In this document: piece by piece, positions 9,684 through 19,801 of the stretch | How the letters are laid out: every line of letters begins with the position of its first letter | Position numbering within the stretch: position 1 is the first letter of the stretch | Assembly (NCBI GenBank): GCA_041242255.1 | Contig: JBESAV010000001.1 | Span: forward strand, 416,001-480,000 | Direction of reading: 5' to 3' | Origin: Candidatus Altimarinota bacterium | GTDB taxonomy: Bacteria > Patescibacteriota > Gracilibacteria > UBA1369 > GCA-2718715 | DNA length: 64,000 bases | The notes under the pieces: model-generated | Seen by the model: only the letters and a program-made list of their open reading frames with translations | The model's database searches: none | What the model was told of the DNA's origin: nothing | Position numbers and translations under genes: made by a program

Positions 9684-11000
9684 CTAAAGTAGTTCTCCTG
9701 GAGAATACTTGTCAAGATTCTCTTCTCCAATTCTTTTTACCATTTCAGGAATAACCATGTCTAAAGGAACCTTCTTCTGAGTACCCTTTTTCATCTCCCT
9801 AATAATAGCTACACCCTCTCTAACTTCAGTAATTCCAATCAAAATCATATAAGGAGCTTTGAAGGAAGTAGCCATAGCAATCTGGTCTTTCATACTTGAT
9901 TCACCGATTGCACCAATTGCTTTAATACCTTCATCATGCATTTCAGTTAAAAGTTTAAGACACTTCACTTTAGCTTTTTTACCAAGCTGAGCTACAAATA
10001 CGTGCAAATCATCTTTAGAAGGGGCTTTAACTTTTTTGATCTTCATTTGCGCAACGGTTCTTTCTACCCCTCCAACATAATGCACAGCCGGAACAGGCTT
10101 TTCTCCAAGTCTTTCGATCAAGTTATCATAGCGTCCACCTCCACCAACTGCTCTCTTTCTACCTCTATTCTTTTCCCAAAACTCAAAAATAACTCCAGAA
10201 TAATAAGGTAATCTTCTGAACATTTTATGATCAACAGTGTACTCGATTCCAAGCTCATCTAAATACTCCTTCAAATCTTCAAAATACTTCTTCGACTCAT
10301 CAGACCAATAGTCTTCGATACTAGGAGCCATTTCACATAAAATTTTCAGATCTTCGTCTTCTATCAAAAATAGTTGTAATGGATCCCTATCAATAAGATC
10401 AACATAATCAAATGGAACTGCTCTCTCTTTACCTTTAAAGAAATCTTTCAAAGCCATGATGTATTCTTCCTTAGATTCCATATCACCATAACTATTAATC
10501 ACTAGATCCAATCTATCTTCAATTTTTAGATCTTTATTGATGCGGTCTGCCAAATATATAACTTGAGCATCCAAAGCTGCATCACTTTGTCCAATTACCT
10601 CCATCCCAAACTGATGAAAGTGTCTGTAATAACCAGATTTAACATCTGTGTACCTAGCTTGTTGCTCGATATGATAGAGAGATATTGGTTGAGGCATTTC
10701 ATCAAATTCATGCTCAACATATGCTCTTGCAATACCAATTGTATTTCCAGCTCTTAGCGTCAGATCTTCACCTTCAGGATCACGTAATGAGTACATTCTT
10801 CTTTCAACCTGGTCAGCCTCCTCAGCCAAAGCTTTCTTAACAACCTCTGTTTTCTCAAACATTGGGGTAGAAATACGCTTAAAACCAGCTTGTCTACATC
10901 TATGCCTCACAACCTTCTTAAGAAAAGTCAAATAATCATGATCTTTTGGCAGAACATCATTCATTCCTTTAGGAGATAGCGATTTGGCATTATTTGACAT
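9684..11000 (-). CDS. hisS: histidine--tRNA ligase (divergent)
   Basis: PKGMND, ISTPMFE, FHQFGMEVIG, GGGRYDNL and a C-terminal anticodon-binding domain. Several active-site motifs are altered. Start placed at ATG 11000. Confidence 0.78.
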   Translation of the reverse strand: MSNNAKSLSPKGMNDVLPKDHDYLTFLKKVVRHRCRQAGFKRISTPMFEKTEVVKKALAEEADQVERRMYSLRDPEGEDLTLRAGNTIGIARAYVEHEFDEMPQPISLYHIEQQARYTDVKSGYYRHFHQFGMEVIGQSDAALDAQVIYLADRINKDLKIEDRLDLVINSYGDMESKEEYIMALKDFFKGKERAVPFDYVDLIDRDPLQLFLIEDEDLKILCEMAPSIEDYWSDESKKYFEDLKEYLDELGIEYTVDHKMFRRLPYYSGVIFEFWEKNRGRKRAVGGGGRYDNLIERLGEKPVPAVHYVGGVERTVAQMKIKKVKAPSKDDLHVFVAQLGKKAKVKCLKLLTEMHDEGIKAIGAIGESSMKDQIAMATSFKAPYMILIGITEVREGVAIIREMKKGTQKKVPLDMVIPEMVKRIGEENLDKYSPGELL

Positions 11001-11157
11001 AGAAGAATTTATATAATTTACACCTAGTATATGGCTTATTGTAAAGAAAATCAAATCAACTTTACTTCAATACTAAAATCAGGCTAGATGAGTCAAAGTA
11101 GAAACCTACAAAATAAAATCAAATATGTAAAGCTAGGTATTTTTACTTATTCTAAAG

Positions 11158-12186
11158 CTAAAAGTCCCATTCCAACAATGCCTCCACTGGGTCTCCAGGA
11201 TTTATCCATTTAGATTCATCCACAAATCTAGCAGCGCCTCCAATCATAGCTGCATTGTCAGTACAGTATCCAAAACTCAAAGGGAATCTAAATTTAAACC
11301 TTCCACTAATAGCTTCCTCAAATTGCCTTCGCAACTCTTTATTAGCCGACACTCCACCAACCAAGTGGATCTCTTTAACCCCAAACTCTTCAGCTGCTTT
11401 TACTGTTTTATCCACTAAGTTGTTATTAATAGTCCATTGGAAACTTGCAGCTACATCTGCCACATCACTTTCAGACATTTCTTCTAACCCACCTAATTCT
11501 TCAACCAAATACTTAACGTTAGTCTTCAAACCAGAAAAACTAAAGTTAAAAGGCTGATCTCGAAGAGGGTAGGGAAGGTCAAATCTCCTAGAGTCACCTT
11601 CTAAAGCAACTCTAGAAATCTCCGGTCCACCTGGATACTCAAGACCTAGAGTTTTAGCAACTTTATCGTAGGCTTCACCCGCTGCATCATCCAGTGTTTG
11701 ACCTAGTTTTTCAATATCATCCCAATCACGAACTAAATACAAATCATTATGTCCCCCAGAAACTGAAAGCACCACAATCGGAAATTCAAATTCATCCAGG
11801 CTTCGATCCAATGTACAGCTCAATATATGACCTTTGATATGATTGGTCGGAATCAGCTTTTTCTCATGAAGAAAACTCTGAACCCCCATAAAGGTGGTCC
11901 CACAAACTAAAGCAGTCAAAAGCCCAGGTCCTTGCGTCACGGCAAAATAATCAATCTCATCAAGCTTCACCCCAGCCTCAGCCAGAGCTTTATCAAACAC
12001 CAATTGTAGTTTTCCCACATGCTTTCGGGCCGCTACCTCCGGCACAACCCCTGCCGTCTTCTTATGAGTTTCAATCTGAGAAGCAATCACGTTACTCAAA
12101 ACCTTACCATCTCCTCGCACAACTGCTGCGGCAGTCTCATCACATGAACTCTCGAGTGCTAATACTAATGCTTTTGAATCAATCAC
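11158..12186 (-). CDS. tsaD: tRNA N6-threonylcarbamoyltransferase TsaD
   Basis: LESSCDETAAA, GVVPEVAARKH, NHIKGH, VSGGH, DDAAGEAYDKVA, FSFSGLKT, CTDNAAMI. Confidence 0.97.
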   Translation of the reverse strand: MIDSKALVLALESSCDETAAAVVRGDGKVLSNVIASQIETHKKTAGVVPEVAARKHVGKLQLVFDKALAEAGVKLDEIDYFAVTQGPGLLTALVCGTTFMGVQSFLHEKKLIPTNHIKGHILSCTLDRSLDEFEFPIVVLSVSGGHNDLYLVRDWDDIEKLGQTLDDAAGEAYDKVAKTLGLEYPGGPEISRVALEGDSRRFDLPYPLRDQPFNFSFSGLKTNVKYLVEELGGLEEMSESDVADVAASFQWTINNNLVDKTVKAAEEFGVKEIHLVGGVSANKELRRQFEEAISGRFKFRFPLSFGYCTDNAAMIGGAARFVDESKWINPGDPVEALLEWDF

Positions 12187-12271
12187 AATTACTCCTAAAT
12201 TTTATACCAATTATATTGTATAATTATAAGAGAACAAATATTTCTTTTCTAAAAGCCCAATAAACCCTCAA

Positions 12272-13579
12272 ATGTCCAAAGTAACCTCCTACAAAGTAAT
12301 CGAAACTCTCCAATCCAAAGGATATCAAGCTCTATATGCCGGAGGTTGTGTTCGCGACATGCTTTTAGGTATTAAGCCAAAAGACTTCGACATTGTTACA
12401 AATGCACTCCCAGATGATGTTGAAGATATCTTCCCTAAGACAATCCCAATAGGAAAAGAATTCGGTATAATCATGGCTATAGTTGATGACCACGAGTTCG
12501 AAATCGCCACATTCCGTAAAGATTCTGATTCCTCTGATGGAAGAAGGCCCGATGAGGTTATGTTCACCGAGGCCAAAGAAGATGCCCAGAGAAGAGACTT
12601 CACCATAAACGGAATTTTCATGGATCCAGTCACAACTGAGATCCTAGATTTCGTCGGTGGAAAAGAAGATCTTGATATGAAAGTTGTTAGATTTATTGGA
12701 GATCCATCTACTCGGATCCAAGAAGACCATCTTCGTATGCTTAGAGCAGTAAGATTCAAAAATAACCTAGATTTCCAATATCATCCAGAAACATTCCAGG
12801 CTATCAAGCAACATTCCCATCTTATCCTCGACATATCCCAAGAACGAATCCAACAGGAGTTAGTCAAAATGCTCCGCGACAAAAACCGCCATCAATCCAT
12901 CAAAGACCTAGAAGACCTCGGTTTACTAGAACACATATTACCAGAAATCCAAGCAATGAAAGGAATCGGCCAACCACCAGAGTTTCATAAAGAAGGGGAT
13001 ACGTTCGATCATACAATGCTCTGTCTCCAAAAAATGCCTGAAGGTTTAAACGATTCTCTCTACTGGGCAGTTATGTTCCACGATTGTGGAAAAGCTGACA
13101 CATTTGACTATAACGATGGACGAATAACTTTCTACGACCACGCCTCAGTTTCTGGAGACCATGCTCGCAACCGACTCCGCATACTAAAATTCTCGAAGAG
13201 ATTCATCGATCATGTAGCCTGGCTTTGCGATCATCACATGACTTTATTCCAGATCTTTGATCTCAAAAAAGAAACCCGCATCAAGTGGTACCGCAAAGAA
13301 TGGTTCTTAGATCTTCTCGAAGTCCACAAGTACGACGTTCTCGGAACAATCCCTTCTGATCTTTCCAACTACCACAAAATCGAAAAAATGTACGACGAAG
13401 AAACCTCCCACCTCCCACCAGAACTCCCAAAACTAATATCCGGAAAAGACATCATGCAAATCCTCCAAATCGAACCAGGCCCAAAAGTCCAAGAAGTCCT
13501 AGATAAAATCCATGAGCAACAGCTCCTCGGAAAACTCAAAACAAAGCAAGAAGCTATAAGTTTTTTAAGTAAATTGTAA
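12272..13579 (+). CDS. cca: CCA tRNA nucleotidyltransferase with HD domain
   Basis: GGCVRD, DFDIVT, EIATFR, DAQRRDFTIN, EDHLRMLRAVRF, HDCGK. Confidence 0.9.
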   Translation: MSKVTSYKVIETLQSKGYQALYAGGCVRDMLLGIKPKDFDIVTNALPDDVEDIFPKTIPIGKEFGIIMAIVDDHEFEIATFRKDSDSSDGRRPDEVMFTEAKEDAQRRDFTINGIFMDPVTTEILDFVGGKEDLDMKVVRFIGDPSTRIQEDHLRMLRAVRFKNNLDFQYHPETFQAIKQHSHLILDISQERIQQELVKMLRDKNRHQSIKDLEDLGLLEHILPEIQAMKGIGQPPEFHKEGDTFDHTMLCLQKMPEGLNDSLYWAVMFHDCGKADTFDYNDGRITFYDHASVSGDHARNRLRILKFSKRFIDHVAWLCDHHMTLFQIFDLKKETRIKWYRKEWFLDLLEVHKYDVLGTIPSDLSNYHKIEKMYDEETSHLPPELPKLISGKDIMQILQIEPGPKVQEVLDKIHEQQLLGKLKTKQEAISFLSKL

Positions 13580-13582
13580 GAC

Positions 13583-14041
13583 TCAATAGTCATAACTTTT
13601 CCCACTCAAAATAGCGAAAGCCCTATACACCTGCTCCAAAAGCAAAACCCTCACAAACTCATGCGTAAAAGTCATCTTTCCAAATGACACTCTTTTATCG
13701 TACCTTTCTTTGAATTCTTCACTAAAACCATAAGGCCCTCCAATCACAAAACAAATCTTCCCACCATCATAGTTCCTCACACGCCCCAAATATTGAGCAA
13801 ACTTTTTACTAGAAAATTCATCTCCCACCGCATCCATCACAACTCGTATATATCCTTCAGGTAAAGCCTTAAGTACGCTCTCTTCATCCTCAGCAATACG
13901 ACGATCTATATCTTTAACTTTAGACTCTTTCACCTCTACGATAGACACATTCCATTTATTAAGTTGAATCATATATTTTTCAACCAACTCTTTGAATGGT
14001 TTATGTTTTAATTTTCCAACGCAAATCACCTTTATATACAC
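13583..14041 (-). CDS. rlmH: 23S rRNA pseudouridine-1915 N3-methyltransferase (start revised to GTG 14041)
   Basis: IKVICVGKLK, FVIGGPYGFS, SFGKMTFTHEFVRVLLLEQVYRA SPOUT motifs. Confidence 0.93.
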   Translation of the reverse strand: MYIKVICVGKLKHKPFKELVEKYMIQLNKWNVSIVEVKESKVKDIDRRIAEDEESVLKALPEGYIRVVMDAVGDEFSSKKFAQYLGRVRNYDGGKICFVIGGPYGFSEEFKERYDKRVSFGKMTFTHEFVRVLLLEQVYRAFAILSGKSYDY

Positions 14042-14081
14042 CTGAAAACGCTTTAATATCGCCCCAACATTAACAGAACCT

Positions 14082-15530
14082 ATGAAATTAAAAAAGGGAA
14101 CCCAACTCCAACTCCAAGTAACCAGTCTCAACATGAAAGGAAAGGGGATTGCCAAGCACACCATTTCAAACCCACACTTCAAAGAAAACTCATCTGATTA
14201 TTACAATTCCCAAAAAGAATTAACCTACAACATAGCCATCGATGGACTATACCCAGGCGATGAAGCTTTAGTCGAGATCTACAAATCCAAAAAACTTTAT
14301 TCAGAAGCAAAAGTCATTGAACTCATCAAAGAATCCCCAGACCGAGTAAAACCCAAAAACAATTACGCCAACATCTCTGGTGCCACTCCACTCGAATGCC
14401 TGGATTACTCAAAACAACTTGAATATAAAGAAAATGAAGTTCACCGCATCCTTCAAAACATCTTAAACAAACCAGCCAAAACCCAGATCAACCCAATCCT
14501 AGGAATGCAAGATCCATGGTTTTACCGAAACAAAATGCAATACTCCTTCGGACACACCGAAGATATGCAGCCAACTCTTGGTCTACACGTAAAAAGAAGA
14601 AGGTACGACATAGTTCCTGTTACGGATTGCTATCTCCACGAAGAAAATATCAATCAGATCCTAAACTTCTTCCAAGAAAAAGCTTTCCAGTCACCATATG
14701 ACTTCACTCCTTATCAACACTCCAAAAATGAAGGCGACCTCAGAAACCTAACCACAAAGTCCAATAAACTCCATCCAGAAAAGCAAAACATGATCATCCT
14801 AGAGATATCTCAAAACGCTGATCTACAAAAAGCCAAACAACTCATGCAAGAGTTCATTGAACAATTCCCAGAAATAACTTCGACTTATATCGATCAAATC
14901 CACGTCCAAAAAGGCCAAAGGACAACTTCCACCCTGCACCACCTCCATGGAGAAGCTCACATAAAAGAAACTCTTAAAGTAGAAGACCAAACCCTCACTT
15001 TCAACATTGGTCCCCACACTTTCTTCCAACCAAATCCATCCCAAGCCCAAAAGATTTACAGTCTAGCTGCCCAAGAAGTCCCAGATCAGAAAGACCAAGT
15101 TATTTACGATCTTTTCTCAGGAACTGGAACACTAGGTCTCTCTGTAGCACATAGAGCTAACCACATTTACGGAATCGACATCGAAGAAACTTCTATCCAG
15201 TCAGCTCACCAAAACCAAGAGCAAAACAATATCCAAAACGCCACTTACATCACTGGTGACGTCTTCAAAGATCTTCCCACTCAAAATTGGCCAAAACCTG
15301 ACATCATAATCGTAGACCCACCACGAAGCGGAATGCATGAGAAAACCGTTGAATTCATAGACCAGCTCAATCCACAAAAAGTTGTCTATGTTTCCTGCAA
15401 CATCAAGACCTTCGCTCAAAACCTTCAGCAATTCCAGGCCCTAGGTTGGAATTTGCAAAAAATAACTCCAGTCGATCAATTCCCACACACTCGACATTTA
15501 GAGATCGTATCTGTAATATCAAAACAATAA
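14082..15530 (+). CDS. rlmD: 23S rRNA m5U1939 methyltransferase RlmD
   Basis: TRAM domain, YRNKM, FFQPN, DLFSGTG, VDPPRSG, YVSCN, DQFPHTRHLE. Confidence 0.9.
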   Translation: MKLKKGTQLQLQVTSLNMKGKGIAKHTISNPHFKENSSDYYNSQKELTYNIAIDGLYPGDEALVEIYKSKKLYSEAKVIELIKESPDRVKPKNNYANISGATPLECLDYSKQLEYKENEVHRILQNILNKPAKTQINPILGMQDPWFYRNKMQYSFGHTEDMQPTLGLHVKRRRYDIVPVTDCYLHEENINQILNFFQEKAFQSPYDFTPYQHSKNEGDLRNLTTKSNKLHPEKQNMIILEISQNADLQKAKQLMQEFIEQFPEITSTYIDQIHVQKGQRTTSTLHHLHGEAHIKETLKVEDQTLTFNIGPHTFFQPNPSQAQKIYSLAAQEVPDQKDQVIYDLFSGTGTLGLSVAHRANHIYGIDIEETSIQSAHQNQEQNNIQNATYITGDVFKDLPTQNWPKPDIIIVDPPRSGMHEKTVEFIDQLNPQKVVYVSCNIKTFAQNLQQFQALGWNLQKITPVDQFPHTRHLEIVSVISKQ

Positions 15531-15549
15531 TTTTTAACCACTCCAAAAA

Positions 15550-16950
15550 GTGAAAAAAATAATTTTATTATCTTTAGCTATTGGTCTGCTTGCCGCTCCA
15601 ATTGCTAATGCAAATTCAACCGAGGTCTACTTTACAGATCTTGATACAGACCACCCTCAATACAATGAGATTCAATGGTTAGCCAGAAGTGGAATCATCC
15701 AAGGTTACCCAGATGGATCTTTTCGTGCTGAGGAATGCGTAAACAGAGCTGAATTCCTTAAGCTTCTGTACTTAACAACAGAAATGGACGCAGTACAAAG
15801 AGTTGAAAATCCATTCCCAGATGTAAATGAAAATGCATGGTACGGAAATTATGTCTTAGCAGCCTACCAAGACGGAGTTGTTTCAGGATATGGAGACGGA
15901 ACTTTTCAGCCAGAAAGTTGTGTTACTAAACCAGAAGTACTAAAAATGGCTTCTGAAGCATATTACACAGACGAAGACATCAACGTACCTTTAAACACTG
16001 ATGATCCAATGCCTAACGGAGTAACTCAAGACGCTTGGTTCTTCAAATATTATAATTTTGCTATGCCAAAAAACTTAGCAGTATATGATGAAGAGTTTAC
16101 AGAGCTTTACCCAATTACTTTCCAAGGTGCTACTAGAGGCGATGTAGCCGAAACTTTATGGAGGTTCCAAGCTTTGCAGGATAATAATCAAGCAGTGTTT
16201 AGTTCTCAGACATCTGCCCCACAGGAAATCTTCCAGCAGTATCAAGGAGTAGATGAAATGTTAAGCTTCTATTTTCCAGCAGACTGGGAGATAACTGCAG
16301 ATTACTTCTACGAAACAGCAGGTGGAGCAGTATCAGAAAAAGCAACTATAGAGCTTATGACTCCAATTGGAGATGAAGTTATCATAAACGGTAGAATGAT
16401 TCAGTGTGGAGCACTAGAAGATTTCGAGGCTAGATGTTACGAGACTAAATTAGGTTATCTAATTGCAACATTCTCTCCATCTGGAGATATATTTGATGGA
16501 ATACATAAAATCAAAGAAACACTTACCTATGAGTCTCCTGAGTTTCAAGATGAACCTCTTGTTAGATATGAATGGGAAGAACAAGGTTTAAGTTTAAACA
16601 TTCCAAAGTCGTACTACATACAAGGTTTCAGTTCCAATAGCTTCCGCCTATCAGAGGAAGTTAAACCAGTAGAATCTGATTCAATAGTATTTTTGACAAG
16701 AGTAAGTGTTATTAATCAGTCAATTGAAGAGCATTTAGCAGAAGTTCAAGAAAATACAGAAATCGAAATCTCACAAGATATGTACGGAGATAATTTTTAC
16801 ACTACATATTCTTATTACAGCGAGTTCGGAGGATTTACTCAGTATGTTCATTTGATGGAACTAGAAGAGGGAAGAACAGTACAAGTTTTCTCAGGTCCAA
16901 ACCAAGGAAAAATGTCAGCAGAAATTCTTCGCAGCCTTCAATCTAATTAG
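15550..16950 (+). CDS. SLH domain-containing exported protein
   Basis: Signal peptide; GIIQGYPDGSFRAEECVNRAEF and GVVSGYGDGTFQPE repeats. Confidence 0.88.
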   Translation: MKKIILLSLAIGLLAAPIANANSTEVYFTDLDTDHPQYNEIQWLARSGIIQGYPDGSFRAEECVNRAEFLKLLYLTTEMDAVQRVENPFPDVNENAWYGNYVLAAYQDGVVSGYGDGTFQPESCVTKPEVLKMASEAYYTDEDINVPLNTDDPMPNGVTQDAWFFKYYNFAMPKNLAVYDEEFTELYPITFQGATRGDVAETLWRFQALQDNNQAVFSSQTSAPQEIFQQYQGVDEMLSFYFPADWEITADYFYETAGGAVSEKATIELMTPIGDEVIINGRMIQCGALEDFEARCYETKLGYLIATFSPSGDIFDGIHKIKETLTYESPEFQDEPLVRYEWEEQGLSLNIPKSYYIQGFSSNSFRLSEEVKPVESDSIVFLTRVSVINQSIEEHLAEVQENTEIEISQDMYGDNFYTTYSYYSEFGGFTQYVHLMELEEGRTVQVFSGPNQGKMSAEILRSLQSN

Positions 16951-16960
16951 TCTTAGACTT

Positions 16961-16993
16961 AAAAGCCCACTCAAATCATAAGTGGGCTTTTTT
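16961..16993. terminator. bidirectional intrinsic terminator
   Basis: aaaagcccact-N9-agtgggctttttt between convergent genes. Confidence 0.85.
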
Positions 16994-17021
16994 AGTATTC
17001 ACATTAAGTTCATAGATTTAA

Positions 17022-18233
17022 TCAATCTAAAAAAGTAAACATTCCATTTTTATAAATTACCTCACTCGATCCATCTCTAAGCTGAGCAGTCACCACACGA
17101 TCAACAGTCGAAACTATATCCGTATGTACAGCACTTTCATTGAATCCAAGCTTATTCCAATCATCCTTACTCAAGTCTTTCATATCATCTCCAGTGTAAC
17201 TGTCCTTATAAGCCGAACCTAAGGCAATATGAGTATTTCCATATTCACCTCCATAATTCTCATCAAAAAGTGTATCAGCCATAAACCGATCAATTCTACT
17301 CAAGCGTTTATCAGTTAAACTAAATTCACCAACCTGATCAGCACCCTCAACCGCTATCATATCTTTCAACACTTGTTCATTCTTATGTGCTTTTGCACAA
17401 GTTACTTTACCATCTTCAAACTCCAAGCAAATACCTTCAATCAAATTTCCATATCTGTACAAAGGCTGATCAAACTTGATCCAACCCTCAGTTCCTCTAA
17501 AGTCAGGAGATATAAACACCTCAAACGAAGGTACATTATGTCCACTTCCTCCAAGCCATTTTCTCTTTTCACCTATCTTGACTTTTAGATCACAATTCTC
17601 ACTCTCAATATGTACACTTTCGATATCAAGCTTATTTAAGTACTGAATAACGTAATCAATCTTCGCAAAAGTATCTTTCCAAGCCGCAATAGGATCATCC
17701 AGATCCAAGTAACAAGCCTTAATTATTTGTTTCCAGTACTCTTCCAAAGTTAAACCAGCTTCAGCCGCCATCCCTTCAGTTCCATATCTGCACAGTGTCC
17801 AGAAAGCATCGCCTCTATCACATTTCTCAAATAAGGCTTCCTTGTAGAAACTCCCAGCCTTCAACCTTTTCATAATCTTACCAGAATCCATTCCTTGCAT
17901 CTCAAGCGGATCATACTCCGATAAAACCCTAATCCAATGAGTCACATCTTCAATTCTTCCAAGCATCGCACTTTTACTGTAGTACTCAAGTTGCTCATCC
18001 GAAGCAAGTTCATAAAAAGTTCGCCCAAGTCCTTCAGGATGAAGCCTTACAATAGGATTTGCTCCCGCTTTTAGAATGGCTTCATACATAAAAGGCAACA
18101 TTCGTCGACCACTTTCAGATATATCAAGCATTACAACTTCTCCTTTTTGAACACCTTTTCCACCCCAAGGAGCAAAATTAACCATTACATCCGCATACTT
18201 TTTTAGGATTTCATCCGTCAAAACTTGTTTCAT
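17022..18233 (-). CDS. M29 family aminopeptidase (AmpS/AmpT-like)
   Basis: NVPSFEVFISP, GEFSL, TLFDEN, HIALGSAY, NESAVHTDIV. Confidence 0.92.
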   Translation of the reverse strand: MKQVLTDEILKKYADVMVNFAPWGGKGVQKGEVVMLDISESGRRMLPFMYEAILKAGANPIVRLHPEGLGRTFYELASDEQLEYYSKSAMLGRIEDVTHWIRVLSEYDPLEMQGMDSGKIMKRLKAGSFYKEALFEKCDRGDAFWTLCRYGTEGMAAEAGLTLEEYWKQIIKACYLDLDDPIAAWKDTFAKIDYVIQYLNKLDIESVHIESENCDLKVKIGEKRKWLGGSGHNVPSFEVFISPDFRGTEGWIKFDQPLYRYGNLIEGICLEFEDGKVTCAKAHKNEQVLKDMIAVEGADQVGEFSLTDKRLSRIDRFMADTLFDENYGGEYGNTHIALGSAYKDSYTGDDMKDLSKDDWNKLGFNESAVHTDIVSTVDRVVTAQLRDGSSEVIYKNGMFTFLD

Positions 18234-18325
18234 AATAAACTACATATTTAAATTCCCAGTCAATATAACTTATTTTCACCCAACTTAAAAAGAGCTAATA
18301 TATAACAAACTTAATTCAAAAAATA

Positions 18326-19006
18326 TTGATAATTTTTGACAAGGTTTCAAAGAACTACGACAGCAGCCTAAACGTAATCGACAACCTTAACTTAAAGATT
18401 AAATCAGGAGAATTCGTTTCTATAATCGGCCAATCCGGAGCAGGGAAGTCAACTATATTTCATATGTTGATAGGTGCAGACAAACCAACCAACGGCCGCA
18501 TCACTGTAGATGAAATTGATATCTCCAGACTCAACTCAAAAAAACTACAACTCTACCGCCGCAAAGTCGGAATGGTTTGGCAAAACTTCAAGCTACTCCC
18601 AAAGAAAACAGTTTTTGAAAACATATTCTTTGCCTTAGAGGCAGTCGGAGATACAAATCCTTCTTCAGTTCAAAAAGTTCTAGAAATCATTGATCAAGTT
18701 GGACTACAAGGTAAACAAGATTATTTCCCAGCCCAACTTTCAGGAGGAGAAAAGCAAAGATGCGCAATAGCCAGAGCTCTAGTCCATGACCCAAAGCTTA
18801 TCATTGCCGATGAACCTACCGGAAATCTAGACCCCAAAACCTCTCAAGAGATCCTCAACCTTTTAAAGCAGATCAACGATAAAGGTGTAACAATCATTCT
18901 TTCTAGCCACGACACTCATCTAGTTGACCAGCTTCAAAAGAGAGTTCTTCATCTAGAAGGAGGAAAGATAGTCCGAGACGAACAAAATGCATCGTATCAT
19001 CAATAG
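18326..19006 (+). CDS. ftsE: cell division ATP-binding protein FtsE
   Basis: [42 protein letters not shown] and a typical FtsE C-terminus. Confidence 0.85.
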   Translation: MIIFDKVSKNYDSSLNVIDNLNLKIKSGEFVSIIGQSGAGKSTIFHMLIGADKPTNGRITVDEIDISRLNSKKLQLYRRKVGMVWQNFKLLPKKTVFENIFFALEAVGDTNPSSVQKVLEIIDQVGLQGKQDYFPAQLSGGEKQRCAIARALVHDPKLIIADEPTGNLDPKTSQEILNLLKQINDKGVTIILSSHDTHLVDQLQKRVLHLEGGKIVRDEQNASYHQ

Positions 19007-19057
19007 TTTTATTTTTATTAAACTTAACTGTTCATACTAATCCATATAACTTATCAT

Positions 19058-19801
19058 ATGGATTTTTTACAAATACCTAAAGATTCCTTTCCAAGAGTTT
19101 TCCCAACTCTTTCACATGAAGAGTATCCTCAGGTTCTAGAATACGAAGGTAATTCAGAACCATTATTTTCTAAGAATCCCCGTATAGCAATCGTAGGCAC
19201 AAGAAACATCACGCCATACGGCCTCAAAATTCTCCAGACAATTATTCCTGATCTAGCGACCAAGGGTTTTACTATAGTAAGTGGAGGAGCTTTTGGTGTA
19301 GATATCGAGTCACAAAAAATAGCTTCTCACTTCACTTCAAAACTTATAACAGTCCTTGGCTCTGGCCTTCACCATAAAGCTCCCAAAACTAACAAAAAAC
19401 ACTTTCTCAATTTTATCAATAATGGAGGCTGTCTTCTTAGTCCATTCGGATCTGATATTCATCCTACTCGATTTACGTTTGTTCAAAGAAATCAGATCAT
19501 AGCCTCCCTTTCAGATTTAGTTATCGTCATAGAAGCAGGTCCCAAAAGTGGAAGCATCCATACAGCCAATTACGCCTCAGAGCAGGGGATACCAGTAGCC
19601 TGTTTCCCTGGTTCAATTCATTCTGAGCTATCTCAAGGCACCAACCACCTTATCCAGAACGGTGCTCATCTCGTCACTTCTACTGAAGAGATACTTACTC
19701 TAATCCCAAATCATAAGCTTCAAAACCTCAAATCAACTATCAACAAAAAAACTATCCCTAGATCCAACCTATACGATGATCTTTATCAAATGATTAGTTA
19801 A
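19058..19801 (+). CDS. dprA: DNA-processing protein DprA (Rossmann core only)
   Basis: IAIVGTR, IVSGGAFGVD, FVQRNQIIA, EAGPKSGS, PGSI..SQGTNHLI. Confidence 0.92.
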   Translation: MDFLQIPKDSFPRVFPTLSHEEYPQVLEYEGNSEPLFSKNPRIAIVGTRNITPYGLKILQTIIPDLATKGFTIVSGGAFGVDIESQKIASHFTSKLITVLGSGLHHKAPKTNKKHFLNFINNGGCLLSPFGSDIHPTRFTFVQRNQIIASLSDLVIVIEAGPKSGSIHTANYASEQGIPVACFPGSIHSELSQGTNHLIQNGAHLVTSTEEILTLIPNHKLQNLKSTINKKTIPRSNLYDDLYQMIS

